From contig JBDRLB010000072.1 in the NCBI GenBank assembly GCA_043813365.1, positions 1 to 32,820 on the forward strand: 32,820 bases of DNA. Direction: 5' to 3'. Positions 1 to 9,322 of the stretch are shown one piece after another. This DNA comes from Candidatus Micrarchaeota archaeon. Its GTDB lineage: Archaea > Micrarchaeota > Micrarchaeia > Norongarragalinales > SBBD01. The position numbers and the translations under genes were made by a program. The notes under the pieces are model-generated. The model worked only from the letters and a program-made list of their open reading frames with translations. It ran no database searches and was not told the origin of the DNA. Each line of letters begins with the position of its first letter. The first letter of the stretch is position 1.

Positions 1-1
1 A

Positions 2-583
2 GCTGCGCTTGTATTGTGGTATGGAATGGGATTCCTGCTGCAGACGGATACTCCCATAAACGTAATCACCTCATGCTCCATGCTTCCCAGCTTCGACAGG
101 GGGGACCTGATTTTCCTGCAGGGAGGGGAAGTGAACACGAAGGAGATTACGATTACAAAACCCATTGATCTTGCCGACTTTATAATGGAGGATTGCACCG
201 TGAAGGAGATTGCAACCGGAATCACCAGAAAAGGGAGCTGCACTTATGCGCTGAAGGCAAATAACCAGACAATAGAATTCGATGAAACCGGCGATGTGGT
301 TGTTTACGACCCGAAAAACCCGCTTCGGGATTACGGCTTGATTGTGCATCGCGCTGTTTTGAAAGTAAATTACCGGAATGCCACTTATTACCTTATCAAG
401 GGGGATAACAACCCGCAGCAGGATGTGCCGGTGATTTCCCCGGATCTGGCGAAGCAGGAGCAGCTGAAGGGGAAAGTAATCCTCCGGGTGCCGTGGGTAG
501 GCTACCTGAAACTATTCCTTTCCCTGCAGTTTGAGGAGCCCACGAACTGCAAGCTGCTTGTCGAGAGGAGTAAAAACGGCTAA
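2..583 (+). CDS. Signal peptidase I, archaeal Sec11-type (5' partial)
   Basis: Motifs SCSMLP..RGD (catalytic Ser), IVHR and KGDNN, then RVPWVG. The frame is open to the window edge. Confidence 0.9.
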   Translation, partial: AALVLWYGMGFLLQTDTPINVITSCSMLPSFDRGDLIFLQGGEVNTKEITITKPIDLADFIMEDCTVKEIATGITRKGSCTYALKANNQTIEFDETGDVVVYDPKNPLRDYGLIVHRAVLKVNYRNATYYLIKGDNNPQQDVPVISPDLAKQEQLKGKVILRVPWVGYLKLFLSLQFEEPTNCKLLVERSKNG

Positions 584-646
584 TGAATATAATTGGATTT
601 TCCTTCGAATCGCAGGATTTTTAACCTTCATTAAATTATTCTAATT

Positions 647-1225
647 ATGCCTAATGCGGAAGGATTATACGAAAAGGAATTCAAGCCCATAGTTGACAGG
701 TATTTGTACAACGTGCGAAGGGCACAATTGCTAGCTACAAGCCATGTGCGCATAGAAAATTTTTTGATCCATGAGTTTGATGTTAGGGCCCCCGATCAGC
801 AGATCAGCGTAGGCTTGGTGGACGATAGACAGAAAAAGATCGAGATGAGAGAGCTTCTGAATTGGGGCATGGTCGATATGCATGCCCGGGACGCAGTCTA
901 TACGAGCGGCCACCAATGGATAACAGTAACCGATGCAAGATTCAGGGAAGCCTCGAAATCGCGAGGTGCACAACTTATTCAGCAGCTTGAAGGAATCCAT
1001 GATATTTTGTTCAAATTACGCCAAAAAATGTTATTGAAATACAAAGAACTTGCAAAAAAAAGAGCCAGTAATAAAATCCCTAGGGAAGAAAGGGCACAGA
1101 TCCATACCGCCCTCGATAAATTCTGGGAAAATCATTCAATAATTGAAGGAGCCCTTTCCCCCGCCCTTACCCGGGCCCTAATTGTCAATTTGGGGAAGAA
1201 CCTGCGCAACCAGACCGGCGACTGA
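647..1225 (+). CDS. Orphan hypothetical protein, basic, probably helical
   Basis: 192-aa ORF filling the gap between Sec11 and rpe. AT-rich upstream region with TTTTTAA about 25 nt before the ATG. No family recognised. Confidence 0.7.
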   Translation: MPNAEGLYEKEFKPIVDRYLYNVRRAQLLATSHVRIENFLIHEFDVRAPDQQISVGLVDDRQKKIEMRELLNWGMVDMHARDAVYTSGHQWITVTDARFREASKSRGAQLIQQLEGIHDILFKLRQKMLLKYKELAKKRASNKIPREERAQIHTALDKFWENHSIIEGALSPALTRALIVNLGKNLRNQTGD

Positions 1226-1282
1226 CGGCTGCAAACAATACCAATAATAACATTCTGAGAGAAACCCTTGGTGTGATCCGGG

Positions 1283-1951
1283 ATGAGGACGCTTGTTTTT
1301 CCGTCGATTTTATCCGCTGATTTCTCCAATTTCGAGAGGGATTTGAAGCTCGCTGAGGAGGCCGGGGCGGACGGGGTGCAGCTGGATGTGATGGATGGGC
1401 ATTTTGTCCCCAATATTACATTCGGATGGACGCTGATTGAGGCGCTGCGCCCAAAAACGAAATTATTCCTCGATGCGCACCTGATGATAGAAAACCCCCT
1501 GAAATACGCGGAAAAATTCGCAAAAGCCGGCTCGGATAATGTGATTTTCCATTATGAGGCGTGCAAGGATGATGCGGAAGTGAGGGAAGTGATTGAAAGC
1601 ATAAGGAAGGCGGGATCCAAACCGTCCATTGCAATCAAACCCAACACCCCCGCAGAAAAAATAAAGCCTTTTTTGGATGATAACCTTTTTCTCGTTTTGG
1701 TGATGACAGTAGAGCCGGGGTTCGGGGGGCAGAAGTTCATGGGGAACATGATGCCCAAAGTGAGGGAAATCAGGGGTTGGATAACGGAAAAGAAGCTGGA
1801 AACGCATATCCAGGTGGATGGGGGGATCGACCTTCAGACTGCTGAAATTGCGAAAAAAGCCGGAGCGGACATTTTGGTTGCCGGAAGCTCGCTTTACAGA
1901 TGCAAGATGCCGATTGAAATGGGAGATGCAATCAAACTAATGAGGAAGTGA
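1283..1951 (+). CDS. rpe: Ribulose-phosphate 3-epimerase
   Basis: PSILSADF, DVMDGHFVPN, DAHLM, MTVEPGFGGQ, VDGG and VAGS motifs. Confidence 0.97.
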   Translation: MRTLVFPSILSADFSNFERDLKLAEEAGADGVQLDVMDGHFVPNITFGWTLIEALRPKTKLFLDAHLMIENPLKYAEKFAKAGSDNVIFHYEACKDDAEVREVIESIRKAGSKPSIAIKPNTPAEKIKPFLDDNLFLVLVMTVEPGFGGQKFMGNMMPKVREIRGWITEKKLETHIQVDGGIDLQTAEIAKKAGADILVAGSSLYRCKMPIEMGDAIKLMRK

Positions 1952-1952
1952 C

Positions 1953-2489
1953 ATGGAATTCATTCACTTTGACGCCCGCCGAAGGCCTGAAACGCCGCAG
2001 GATGTTGCACTTTGGAACCGTTATATAGATGCCAGATCCGAGGCATTTTACGGATCCAAGCCAGTAAAAAGACTGGAGAATTTTTCGGATTCGAAGGCAG
2101 ACCACATCCTTGCGGTTGACAATAATCAAGTCATAGGCGGAATGAGATTCGAGGATGCAATAGCTCCATTAAGCGCAAGGAAGATCGGACTGGGTAAAAT
2201 ACCGATTAACGTTAAGACCGCATTATGGCTGAATCATTTTTTCGTGGCGCCAAAATTGAGGGGAGAAACCAGAAGGATGGTTGTGAACGGCATTTTGAAA
2301 AAAGCAGGCGTTTGGGCGCATGAGCATGGGAAAACAAGCGTCGTATTCGGCGTATCGGAGAAAAATAAAGTATTGCAAAGAGTATATTCACTTCGCGGAG
2401 CCAAGGATACGGGCGTTGTGGTTTTAGGACTGAACAATGAATATAATCGGATTTTTACGGCAGAGATTAAGGATATTAAGTTAAAGTAG
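1953..2489 (+). CDS. GNAT-family acetyltransferase-like orphan
   Basis: HILAVDNNQVIGGMRF strands, a motif-A-like HFFVAPKLRG and N...VYSLRGA. Starts 1 nt after the rpe stop. Confidence 0.6.
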   Translation: MEFIHFDARRRPETPQDVALWNRYIDARSEAFYGSKPVKRLENFSDSKADHILAVDNNQVIGGMRFEDAIAPLSARKIGLGKIPINVKTALWLNHFFVAPKLRGETRRMVVNGILKKAGVWAHEHGKTSVVFGVSEKNKVLQRVYSLRGAKDTGVVVLGLNNEYNRIFTAEIKDIKLK

Positions 2490-2517
2490 CATTAACAAAT
2501 AATTGTTGGTGGAGACT

Positions 2518-3303
2518 ATGTCCTTCCTTGCAAAATATTCTGAAGTGAAGAAGCAGAAGAAGAGCACATTGTGCATCGGGCTGGACCCGGCGAGCATATT
2601 CTTCAAGGAGAGGGAAAGCATCCCGAGGGAGTATTTTGAGAAGGGGTCGGAAGCGGACGGGATGAAACGCTTTTGTGCGGACATAATCAATAAAACGGCC
2701 GAATATGCATGTGCGTTCAAAATCAATTCACAATTTGTCATCCCATTTTCACTCAATGACCTCCAGGAAATCACTTCCTTGATTGAAAAGAAGGGCTGCA
2801 TCTCCATTTTTGATTTGAAACTCTCGGATATAGGAAGCAGCAACGAGAGCGCAATTTACTGGATGAAGAAGGCGGGCTTCGATGCGTTCACATTCTGCCC
2901 CTTTGCGGGCAACGTGGAGGAGACGGTAAGGCAGGCGCACGAAGCGAAACTGGGAGTGATCGTGCTGACGCTCATGAGCAATCCTTCTGCGAGGTATTTC
3001 ATGAAGGAGTCGCAAATAGAGGGTATGCGGGGGTACGAATTCATTGCAAAGGAAGTTGAGAAATTCTCAGCTGACGGCGTGGTTGTCGGCGCGACCAATT
3101 TGGAACGGGAAATGGTCGAGATCAGGGAGATGATCGGGGAGGAAAAAATCATACTGATTCCCGGAATCGGCAAGCAAGGCGGTGATATGGAGGTTGTGAA
3201 GCAGGCGGGCGCGAACATCCTTGTGAATGTGGGGAGGGACCTCATCTACTCGGAAGATCCGGAAGGGAAGGCGAAGGATTACTTCAAGATGCTGAGGAGA
3301 TGA
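2518..3303 (+). CDS. pyrF: Orotidine-5'-phosphate decarboxylase
   Basis: LCIGLDP, FKIN, DLKLSDIG (DxKxxD), LMSNP, PGIGKQGG and VGR motifs. ATG 2518 follows a GGTGGAG RBS. Confidence 0.95.
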   Translation: MSFLAKYSEVKKQKKSTLCIGLDPASIFFKERESIPREYFEKGSEADGMKRFCADIINKTAEYACAFKINSQFVIPFSLNDLQEITSLIEKKGCISIFDLKLSDIGSSNESAIYWMKKAGFDAFTFCPFAGNVEETVRQAHEAKLGVIVLTLMSNPSARYFMKESQIEGMRGYEFIAKEVEKFSADGVVVGATNLEREMVEIREMIGEEKIILIPGIGKQGGDMEVVKQAGANILVNVGRDLIYSEDPEGKAKDYFKMLRR

Positions 3304-3313
3304 AAAAAAACAA

Positions 3314-6172
3314 CTACTTATTTTCCCTCATTTTCTTGAACTCCTCGCTGTTGAATATCGAATTTTCCGATGGCCTCGAATCTGATTCCGATTTCCCCAA
3401 ATCCGGCAGCAGGTCTTCCACGTCTTCCTTTTCCTTGGCATCCCGGGGCTCGTGGGAGGGCTCGGCTTTCTCAGCGGCCTTCATTTCAGCCTTTTCAGCA
3501 GGGCCCTCGAGTGTTTGGTCATCGCCGGGAGGCGCTTCCAGTTCCTTCTCGTGCTTTTTCAATTGGTAATAGTAAAAGCCGCCGATCCCAAGGATGGCGA
3601 ATATGAACAAGCCAACAGAGAACCAGGCAATGCTTGCCTTCTTGTCCTTGTTACTGCTTAGCGCTTCCTCTGCATACCTTTTCGCATTGGAATAAACGAC
3701 AAACGCCTGCTCCATCTTGCCCTGCTTCCTAAGCAGTTCCGCCTCCTCGAGCATCTTTTCAACAGTGATCTTATCCTCATCGGCAAGGAGGCTCATATCC
3801 AATGAAGCGAATTCGTCGGAAATTTCCTCCACCTTCACCTCCGCGCTTACGGATGCGGAAGGCGAAATGGATGCTGTTCCGCTGGGCCTTGGCGTTGCCG
3901 AACCAGACGGCCCTGCACTTGCTGAAGGGCTCGGATTGCCAACATTCCCTCCGGGGACGTAATTGCCGGGCGAGCCGCCCGTGTAATCCGAAACGCATGC
4001 ATTGTTGCTGCAATGCGTGCCTGCTGAGCATGCAGGGTTGCTGTATGCGCAACCAGCAGGCGTTGCAGTTGTATTGAATGTCCTAATTGTGCTGGAGTTG
4101 CATCCGCCAAGTGTGCAGCTCATAACATAATAGAAATATTGGGTGCTGGCAGCCAGCCCGGGAAGCAGAATTGAATGGCTCTGAACGTTGTCAGTGGAGT
4201 TGACTGCATTTGCCAGGGCCGTCGCGTTTAGCCCGTAAATTACTGCAGAATTGCTGTTGATGTTCGGCGTGTTCCAGCGGATGGTAGCGGAATCATAGCT
4301 CGGTGTTGCAGCTACATCAGCTATTGGAGGTATGGGATTGAAAGGAGTGGTGGAAACGTTGACAAAAGCCCAAGCCGTTTTTGTGGAAACATTCGCTGCG
4401 GAAAAATGCAACCGGACAAGGTAAACATCGATCAGCAAACCGCTTGTGTCGAACGAAGCTATTATGGATGCGTTTGAGCCTACGGCCAACCCCGCCGGGC
4501 AATTGTATATTCTTGCCCATGGGTAATCGGGCGAGCAGCTCAGGCCGGAGAGCGGCATGTTGCCGGTATTTCCGAGCGTGAAAGTGCGGTTTGTAATTGA
4601 GCCGGTCGCATTGGATGCGCCAAACAGGTCCTGGCTCGGCGAGATTGAAAAGCCATATGTCGGTACGAATACCTGGAAACTGAAATTGCTGGGCGAATAG
4701 GAAGTTTGGGACGAATTGTCAGTTGCGGCACAGTACCAGTTATAATTGCCAGGAACAAGGTTGACGGCATTGAAAACGGTTGTGAAGGACGTGCCGGTTG
4801 CCGTGCCGCCGCCTCCCGAATTGATGGGCCCCCTGATGTAAATTACGATGCTGCTCAGCCTGATGTCGTCCGTTGCCGTGCAGCTGAAATTAATGCTTGT
4901 TGAGGAGGTGATGAATCCATCCGGAGGCGAATTGAGAGTTACTTGCGGGGTGTTGTCTACAACGGAAGAGGGAATGATGAAATTGATCAAGTAATATGCA
5001 GGATTGATGTTGCCCTTCGAGTCATTGCATTTGATGTAAACCGAGTAATTATCCGGAATGGATAGGGGACCAATATTTGCGGAGTGATGGAGGGATTCAG
5101 TCCATTCGAATTCCATCATCGAGGTAAATTGTGCGTTAGGATTGTTACTCATCCTGCAAATCGCGTTCTCGTCCGTATCAAAGCTGATGAAGGAAACGGT
5201 TGTGCCAATTGGCAAAATCCCCGAGGGCTGGCCGTTGCTGATTACCGGCGGGGATGTGTCTCCCGGTAAAATGAAGAAACTAAAAGCATAGGGAGTCGGG
5301 TTGATTATTCCGGCCATATCGGCGCATTTCACGTAAATTGTGTAATTGCCAGGGGTTGTCAAGGGACCTACTGAAGAATAATGGTAGGTGTAATTAAGGG
5401 TGTTCATTTCAATCATCGACCCATAGGAAAGTGTGGGAATCACATGAAATCTGCAGGTTGCAGCCTCGTTAGTATCCACGCCAATGAGGGAAACAGATGA
5501 ACCTGCAGGAAGGGTTCCGATTGGGAAGCCGCTGCTTATTACTGCCGGGGTTGTGTCGGGCAGCGTAGTGAAGCTGTTTTCGGAAGAGAGGGCGCACCCG
5601 CCGGATGTGCACGCACGGACCATGTAATAATAGGTTTTCAATGGGGTGAGGGGGGAAAGGCCGAAAACGTGGTTGCTCCAGACCGAGGAATCGTTGTTGA
5701 AATTCGAGTAGGAATTGGTAGCGGTTCCCCACATAATGGAGCCATCGGCATTAGGAGCAACGTCAAAGGTGATTTGGGCAAATGTGGCCCCTATTACAGC
5801 TGGTTTGACATTCGTGATTGTTGGCAGGCTGAGGGAACCGGTCCTGCAGGAATATGTGAGGCTCGTGCCACATCCGGATGAGTCGCATGATGTGGCATTG
5901 AAGTAATAACGGTAGTTCTGCTGAGTGAGGCCCGATATGACAACTGTATGCAGAAAAACATTGTCATTCTGGCCGGCGGAATTTGGCAAATGGGTGCTAT
6001 TGATCCCCCAAAGCACAGTTGAATTGCCGGCATCATTCGTATCAAAAGTCACGGTTATTGAATTGTATGTGGTGGAAGGGCAGTTGACATTTGTAATAAC
6101 TGGTGCAGCGGATATGATGGGAAGGAATGCCAGGAATAAAAGCACCGAAACCAACCGGAAGGGGGTTGCCAT
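3314..6172 (-). CDS. Large membrane-anchored surface protein with FN3/Ig-like repeats
   Basis: N-terminal signal peptide, three FN3-like units, two tandem ~99-aa DTxPxVIS..G repeats, a Ser/Pro/Gly linker, a C-terminal TM helix (IAWFSVGLFIFAILGIGGFYYY) and a charged tail. Confidence 0.85.
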   Translation of the reverse strand: MATPFRLVSVLLFLAFLPIISAAPVITNVNCPSTTYNSITVTFDTNDAGNSTVLWGINSTHLPNSAGQNDNVFLHTVVISGLTQQNYRYYFNATSCDSSGCGTSLTYSCRTGSLSLPTITNVKPAVIGATFAQITFDVAPNADGSIMWGTATNSYSNFNNDSSVWSNHVFGLSPLTPLKTYYYMVRACTSGGCALSSENSFTTLPDTTPAVISSGFPIGTLPAGSSVSLIGVDTNEAATCRFHVIPTLSYGSMIEMNTLNYTYHYSSVGPLTTPGNYTIYVKCADMAGIINPTPYAFSFFILPGDTSPPVISNGQPSGILPIGTTVSFISFDTDENAICRMSNNPNAQFTSMMEFEWTESLHHSANIGPLSIPDNYSVYIKCNDSKGNINPAYYLINFIIPSSVVDNTPQVTLNSPPDGFITSSTSINFSCTATDDIRLSSIVIYIRGPINSGGGGTATGTSFTTVFNAVNLVPGNYNWYCAATDNSSQTSYSPSNFSFQVFVPTYGFSISPSQDLFGASNATGSITNRTFTLGNTGNMPLSGLSCSPDYPWARIYNCPAGLAVGSNASIIASFDTSGLLIDVYLVRLHFSAANVSTKTAWAFVNVSTTPFNPIPPIADVAATPSYDSATIRWNTPNINSNSAVIYGLNATALANAVNSTDNVQSHSILLPGLAASTQYFYYVMSCTLGGCNSSTIRTFNTTATPAGCAYSNPACSAGTHCSNNACVSDYTGGSPGNYVPGGNVGNPSPSASAGPSGSATPRPSGTASISPSASVSAEVKVEEISDEFASLDMSLLADEDKITVEKMLEEAELLRKQGKMEQAFVVYSNAKRYAEEALSSNKDKKASIAWFSVGLFIFAILGIGGFYYYQLKKHEKELEAPPGDDQTLEGPAEKAEMKAAEKAEPSHEPRDAKEKEDVEDLLPDLGKSESDSRPSENSIFNSEEFKKMRENK

Positions 6173-6326
6173 ATGGATCACGTATTGTTGATAAAAACCC
6201 TCATTTTAAACCCTGCCTTTTTCAGCCTTGCGGGAAGATGGCTTTAAATAATTATCTTTCCTTAACTCTTCCTTAAAATTCTGCTAATTTTATTCATATA
6301 TTAGCTGTAAAGCGAAGTGCATATTT

Positions 6327-7031
6327 ATGGGTTTGAGGCCAGCAAGGACCGTGAGGGTTTCACAGGGGCAGCCATGGGCAAGGATGTCGAATAGGGTCCC
6401 CCGCAAGAGCTATGTGAAAGGAGCGCCCAGGCCCAAAGTCAGGCAGTACAACATGGGCGTTGACCGTTTTTATGAGAGCGAGGTCTCTTTGAGCGCGGAC
6501 AAGGACGTCCAGCTGAGGGACAATGCGCTCGAGGCAGCGAGGCAGGTTGCGGTCAAATTCCTGGAAAAGCATCTTCCTGCACAGTACTATTTTGGAATAT
6601 TAAAATACCCCCATCTGGTTATCAGGGAACATTCCGCATTGGGGGTTGCAGGGGCGGACCGTATTTCAAAGGGAATGAAGCGCGCGTTCGGAAGGCCGAA
6701 AGGAAGGATGGCACGCATCAAGCATGGGGGGGCACTATTCGTCGTGAGGGTGAGCACTAAGGATTTGGCAGTAGTCCACGATGCGTTGAGGAGGGCAAAG
6801 CAGAAGATGTCAGGCCAATTCTCAGAGAAGGTTCGGGACATCAGGGAGGATCCCAAGAACCGCGCGAAAATAGGGAAGGAAATCGTCATGAAGGTAAAGG
6901 TCACGGAAGAGAAGAAGAAGGAAGAGGTGCCCGTAGCAAGTGCAGTTGTTGCAGCTGAGGGCGCCGAAGCAGGCAAGGAGCCTGCAGCGGAAGCGAAGCC
7001 CGAAGCAAAGAAGGAAGAAAAGAAAAAATAG
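6327..7031 (+). CDS. rpl10e: 50S ribosomal protein uL16 (L10e)
   Basis: MGLRPAR, LEAAR, YPHLVIREH and GADRISKGMKRAFGRP motifs, followed by a long Ala/Glu/Lys tail. Confidence 0.96.
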   Translation: MGLRPARTVRVSQGQPWARMSNRVPRKSYVKGAPRPKVRQYNMGVDRFYESEVSLSADKDVQLRDNALEAARQVAVKFLEKHLPAQYYFGILKYPHLVIREHSALGVAGADRISKGMKRAFGRPKGRMARIKHGGALFVVRVSTKDLAVVHDALRRAKQKMSGQFSEKVRDIREDPKNRAKIGKEIVMKVKVTEEKKKEEVPVASAVVAAEGAEAGKEPAAEAKPEAKKEEKKK

Positions 7032-7040
7032 TTGGTAGGA

Positions 7041-7289
7041 ATGGGCAAAGTAATGACCGTGCTGAAGGTATTCCCTGAAGAGGGTATGAAGCTGGAGGAC
7101 CTTCAGGCTGCAGTTGCAAAAGTGGAGGGATGCAACACCTGCAAGATCATCGATTTCGTATTCGGGTCGAAAGTGATACAGGCGTCGTTCATCTGCGAGG
7201 ATGCGGAAAGCAAGGACTTCGAGGAGATCGTCCGCAAGGTTGCAGGAGTGAACGAAGTGCAGGTTGAGGAAGTGGGACTGATTAGCTGA
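7041..7289 (+). CDS. ef1b: Archaeal translation elongation factor 1-beta
   Basis: MGKV...LKVFPE, FVFG and V..V.EVQV pattern; 82 aa. Confidence 0.85.
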   Translation: MGKVMTVLKVFPEEGMKLEDLQAAVAKVEGCNTCKIIDFVFGSKVIQASFICEDAESKDFEEIVRKVAGVNEVQVEEVGLIS

Positions 7290-7325
7290 ATTGAGTTTTA
7301 TTGCAAAACTGCTTACTAGTGCAGC

Positions 7326-8627
7326 TTAGCCCTTGAAAGCCTCATCATTGCCAAGGTTGTCATACACATACGCTGCAGGGGAAATGCGGCAGTTTTCCCC
7401 GATGAGCACGCCACAATTGATCGAGACGTTTATTCCGGTCTTGGTATTCTTTCCTACAACGGCACCGAGCTTGTCCCTTCCGGAGATAACCTTTCCGTCC
7501 GGATTGCGGATCGCTATTGCGGAATGGTCGAATTTCAGGTTTGCAATTTTTGTGCCGGCTCCGAAATTCACGTTCTCGCAGATTATCGAATCACCGATGT
7601 AGGAGAGGTGCGCAGCATTGGAGTTGTGCATTATTATGGAGCTTTTCACTTCGGTGGAATTGCCTACATGGCAGTTGTCCTCGATTACCACGCCCTTGCG
7701 CAGGTATGCATTTGGGCCCACTACGGAATTCTCCCCTATGAATACATTTCCTTCTATGTAGGTGCCGCTCTTTACAACCGATCCCTTTCCGACTCGCAGC
7801 TTGCCCTTCACAACAACAAATTCCTCCACCTTTCCCTCAAGTTTTGGAAGCAATAGCTTTTCCAGCGCATATTCGGATGCCGAGAGATAGTTCCAGAAAT
7901 AACCCACATCGGTCCAGTAGCCGCCGAACTCAAGCGCCTTCAGCGGCTGCTTTTTCGCGAATTCAAGAACCGCATCGGTGATTTCAAATTCTCCCCTTTT
8001 TGAAAGTTTCACATCCTTCAGGAAGGAGAAAAATTCCCGGGGCATGAAGAGCGTTCCCGTTGAAATCAGCTTGTTCTTCGCATCAAGCGGCTTCTCCACC
8101 AGCCCTTTGAGGTTGCCGCCCTCCACTTCCACGACGCCGTATGAGGAAGCGTCCTCTTCCCTCTTCGTAACTATGAACGGCCCGCTGCCGGCGTTTTCCT
8201 TAAGCAGCTTGAAGAAGGAGGGATCAGAGAAAGTATCCGCATTCAGGACGAAGAAATGCCCTGCGTCAACGATTTTTTCCGTGCACGCAACCGCATCCGC
8301 CGTGCCCTTCTGCTCGTTCTGCTCCACGAAAAGGATTTTCCCCGTGGGAGCATGCTTCCCGAAATATGCAGTTATCCTGTGCTTCTCGAAACCGACCACG
8401 ATTATGATCTTCCCCAGCGAATCCCCGAAATTTTCCACTATCCCTTCGACCATCCATTCAAGCAAGGGCTTGTCCAGGATCCTTACCATAGTTTTGGGGT
8501 AGGAGTTCGTTATCGGGCGCAGCCGCTTTCCCTGGCCCGCAGCAAGGAGCACAAAATCGAATTTTTCAACACCTCTAGGGAGGGTACCCTCCCTACTCGT
8601 GTTGCCTCTACCCTCCTTAATTTGCAT
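7326..8627 (-). CDS. glmU: Bifunctional sugar-1-phosphate nucleotidylyltransferase/acetyltransferase (archaeal GlmU)
   Basis: LAAGQGKRLRP, PK, YGVV, VEKP and RGEFEITD motifs, hexapeptide repeats, HLSYIGDS and NFGAGT. Start is ATG 8627 or GTG 8636. The N-terminus includes the hairpin element. Confidence 0.93.
   Translation of the reverse strand: MQIKEGRGNTSREGTLPRGVEKFDFVLLAAGQGKRLRPITNSYPKTMVRILDKPLLEWMVEGIVENFGDSLGKIIIVVGFEKHRITAYFGKHAPTGKILFVEQNEQKGTADAVACTEKIVDAGHFFVLNADTFSDPSFFKLLKENAGSGPFIVTKREEDASSYGVVEVEGGNLKGLVEKPLDAKNKLISTGTLFMPREFFSFLKDVKLSKRGEFEITDAVLEFAKKQPLKALEFGGYWTDVGYFWNYLSASEYALEKLLLPKLEGKVEEFVVVKGKLRVGKGSVVKSGTYIEGNVFIGENSVVGPNAYLRKGVVIEDNCHVGNSTEVKSSIIMHNSNAAHLSYIGDSIICENVNFGAGTKIANLKFDHSAIAIRNPDGKVISGRDKLGAVVGKNTKTGINVSINCGVLIGENCRISPAAYVYDNLGNDEAFKG
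8567..8614 (-). repeat. 48-bp palindromic (REP-like) element, copy A, inside the 5' end of glmU
   Basis: Minus strand reads AGGGTAGAGG-CAACAC-GAG-TAGGGAGGGTACCCTCCCTA-GAG-GTGTTG. Perfect 20-bp core palindrome at 8576-8595; 38/48 identical to copy B. Confidence 0.9.
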
Positions 8628-8632
8628 ATTTA

Positions 8633-9322
8633 TCACTTTTTGTTCTCAATCACATCGATTATTTTCCTCAAATCCCTTTCCGGATCGCCCTGCTTGAAGA
8701 GAAGGTGCCCGCAATGCGGCCCAAGGTCCTGCTGGTAATTGAATGCAACTGAATTTTCCTTCCCTACAAACTCGAACATCGGAACCTCCGAGAACGAATC
8801 GCCCACAACAAGGCATTCGGCGGGCTTGAATTTATTTGACCGGAGCAGCGACTCCAGCTCCCTCCGCTTGGTTTCGGGGGAGACCACTTTCGTGAGCTTA
8901 TGCAAACGGCCTTCCTTAATGGTGCATTCCGATGCTATGAGCGCATCAGGGGAGATATTGCGGCTCGAGAGCGACCAAGCGAGGATCGGCTTTATTGTCG
9001 CAGACAGGATGGCAGTTATGATGCCATTTTCCCTGCAATAATTGAAAATTTCCTTCGAGCCCGAAATGTATTGCAGCTTCCTGGAAGTCTCCCTCAATTT
9101 CCTTATTGGGAACTGCTGGTAGAGTGCGAAGGATTTTTCCCAAACTTTCCCGGGAACCAAATCCCTTTCCTTCGCGTTTTTCGCGCCAGCTAGCCCGGAA
9201 TAGAATTCCCTTGCAAGCGCATCCGATTCCTGCTTCTTCCCCAATTGCTCGAACAGGAAAAGCGGCGACTCCTCCACCGGTATGACGCCGTCAAAATCGA
9301 ATGCGATGAGTTTAATGCTCAT
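8633..9322 (-). CDS. HAD-superfamily phosphatase (phosphoserine phosphatase-like)
   Basis: FDFDGV motif I, ILSAT motif II, Lys motif III and VGDSFSE motif IV. Confidence 0.85.
   Translation of the reverse strand: MSIKLIAFDFDGVIPVEESPLFLFEQLGKKQESDALAREFYSGLAGAKNAKERDLVPGKVWEKSFALYQQFPIRKLRETSRKLQYISGSKEIFNYCRENGIITAILSATIKPILAWSLSSRNISPDALIASECTIKEGRLHKLTKVVSPETKRRELESLLRSNKFKPAECLVVGDSFSEVPMFEFVGKENSVAFNYQQDLGPHCGHLLFKQGDPERDLRKIIDVIENKK

Noticed and set aside
1254..1295. CTGAGA...ACCC...TGATCCGGG resembles part of a TPP riboswitch
   Set aside because: No P5 pairing or P1/P2 partners. It overlaps the rpe RBS and start and is not near the thiamine genes.
6890..7031. Low-complexity Ala/Glu/Lys tail on uL16
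   Set aside because: Such tails are common on archaeal ribosomal proteins, and no DNA-level repeat unit is present.
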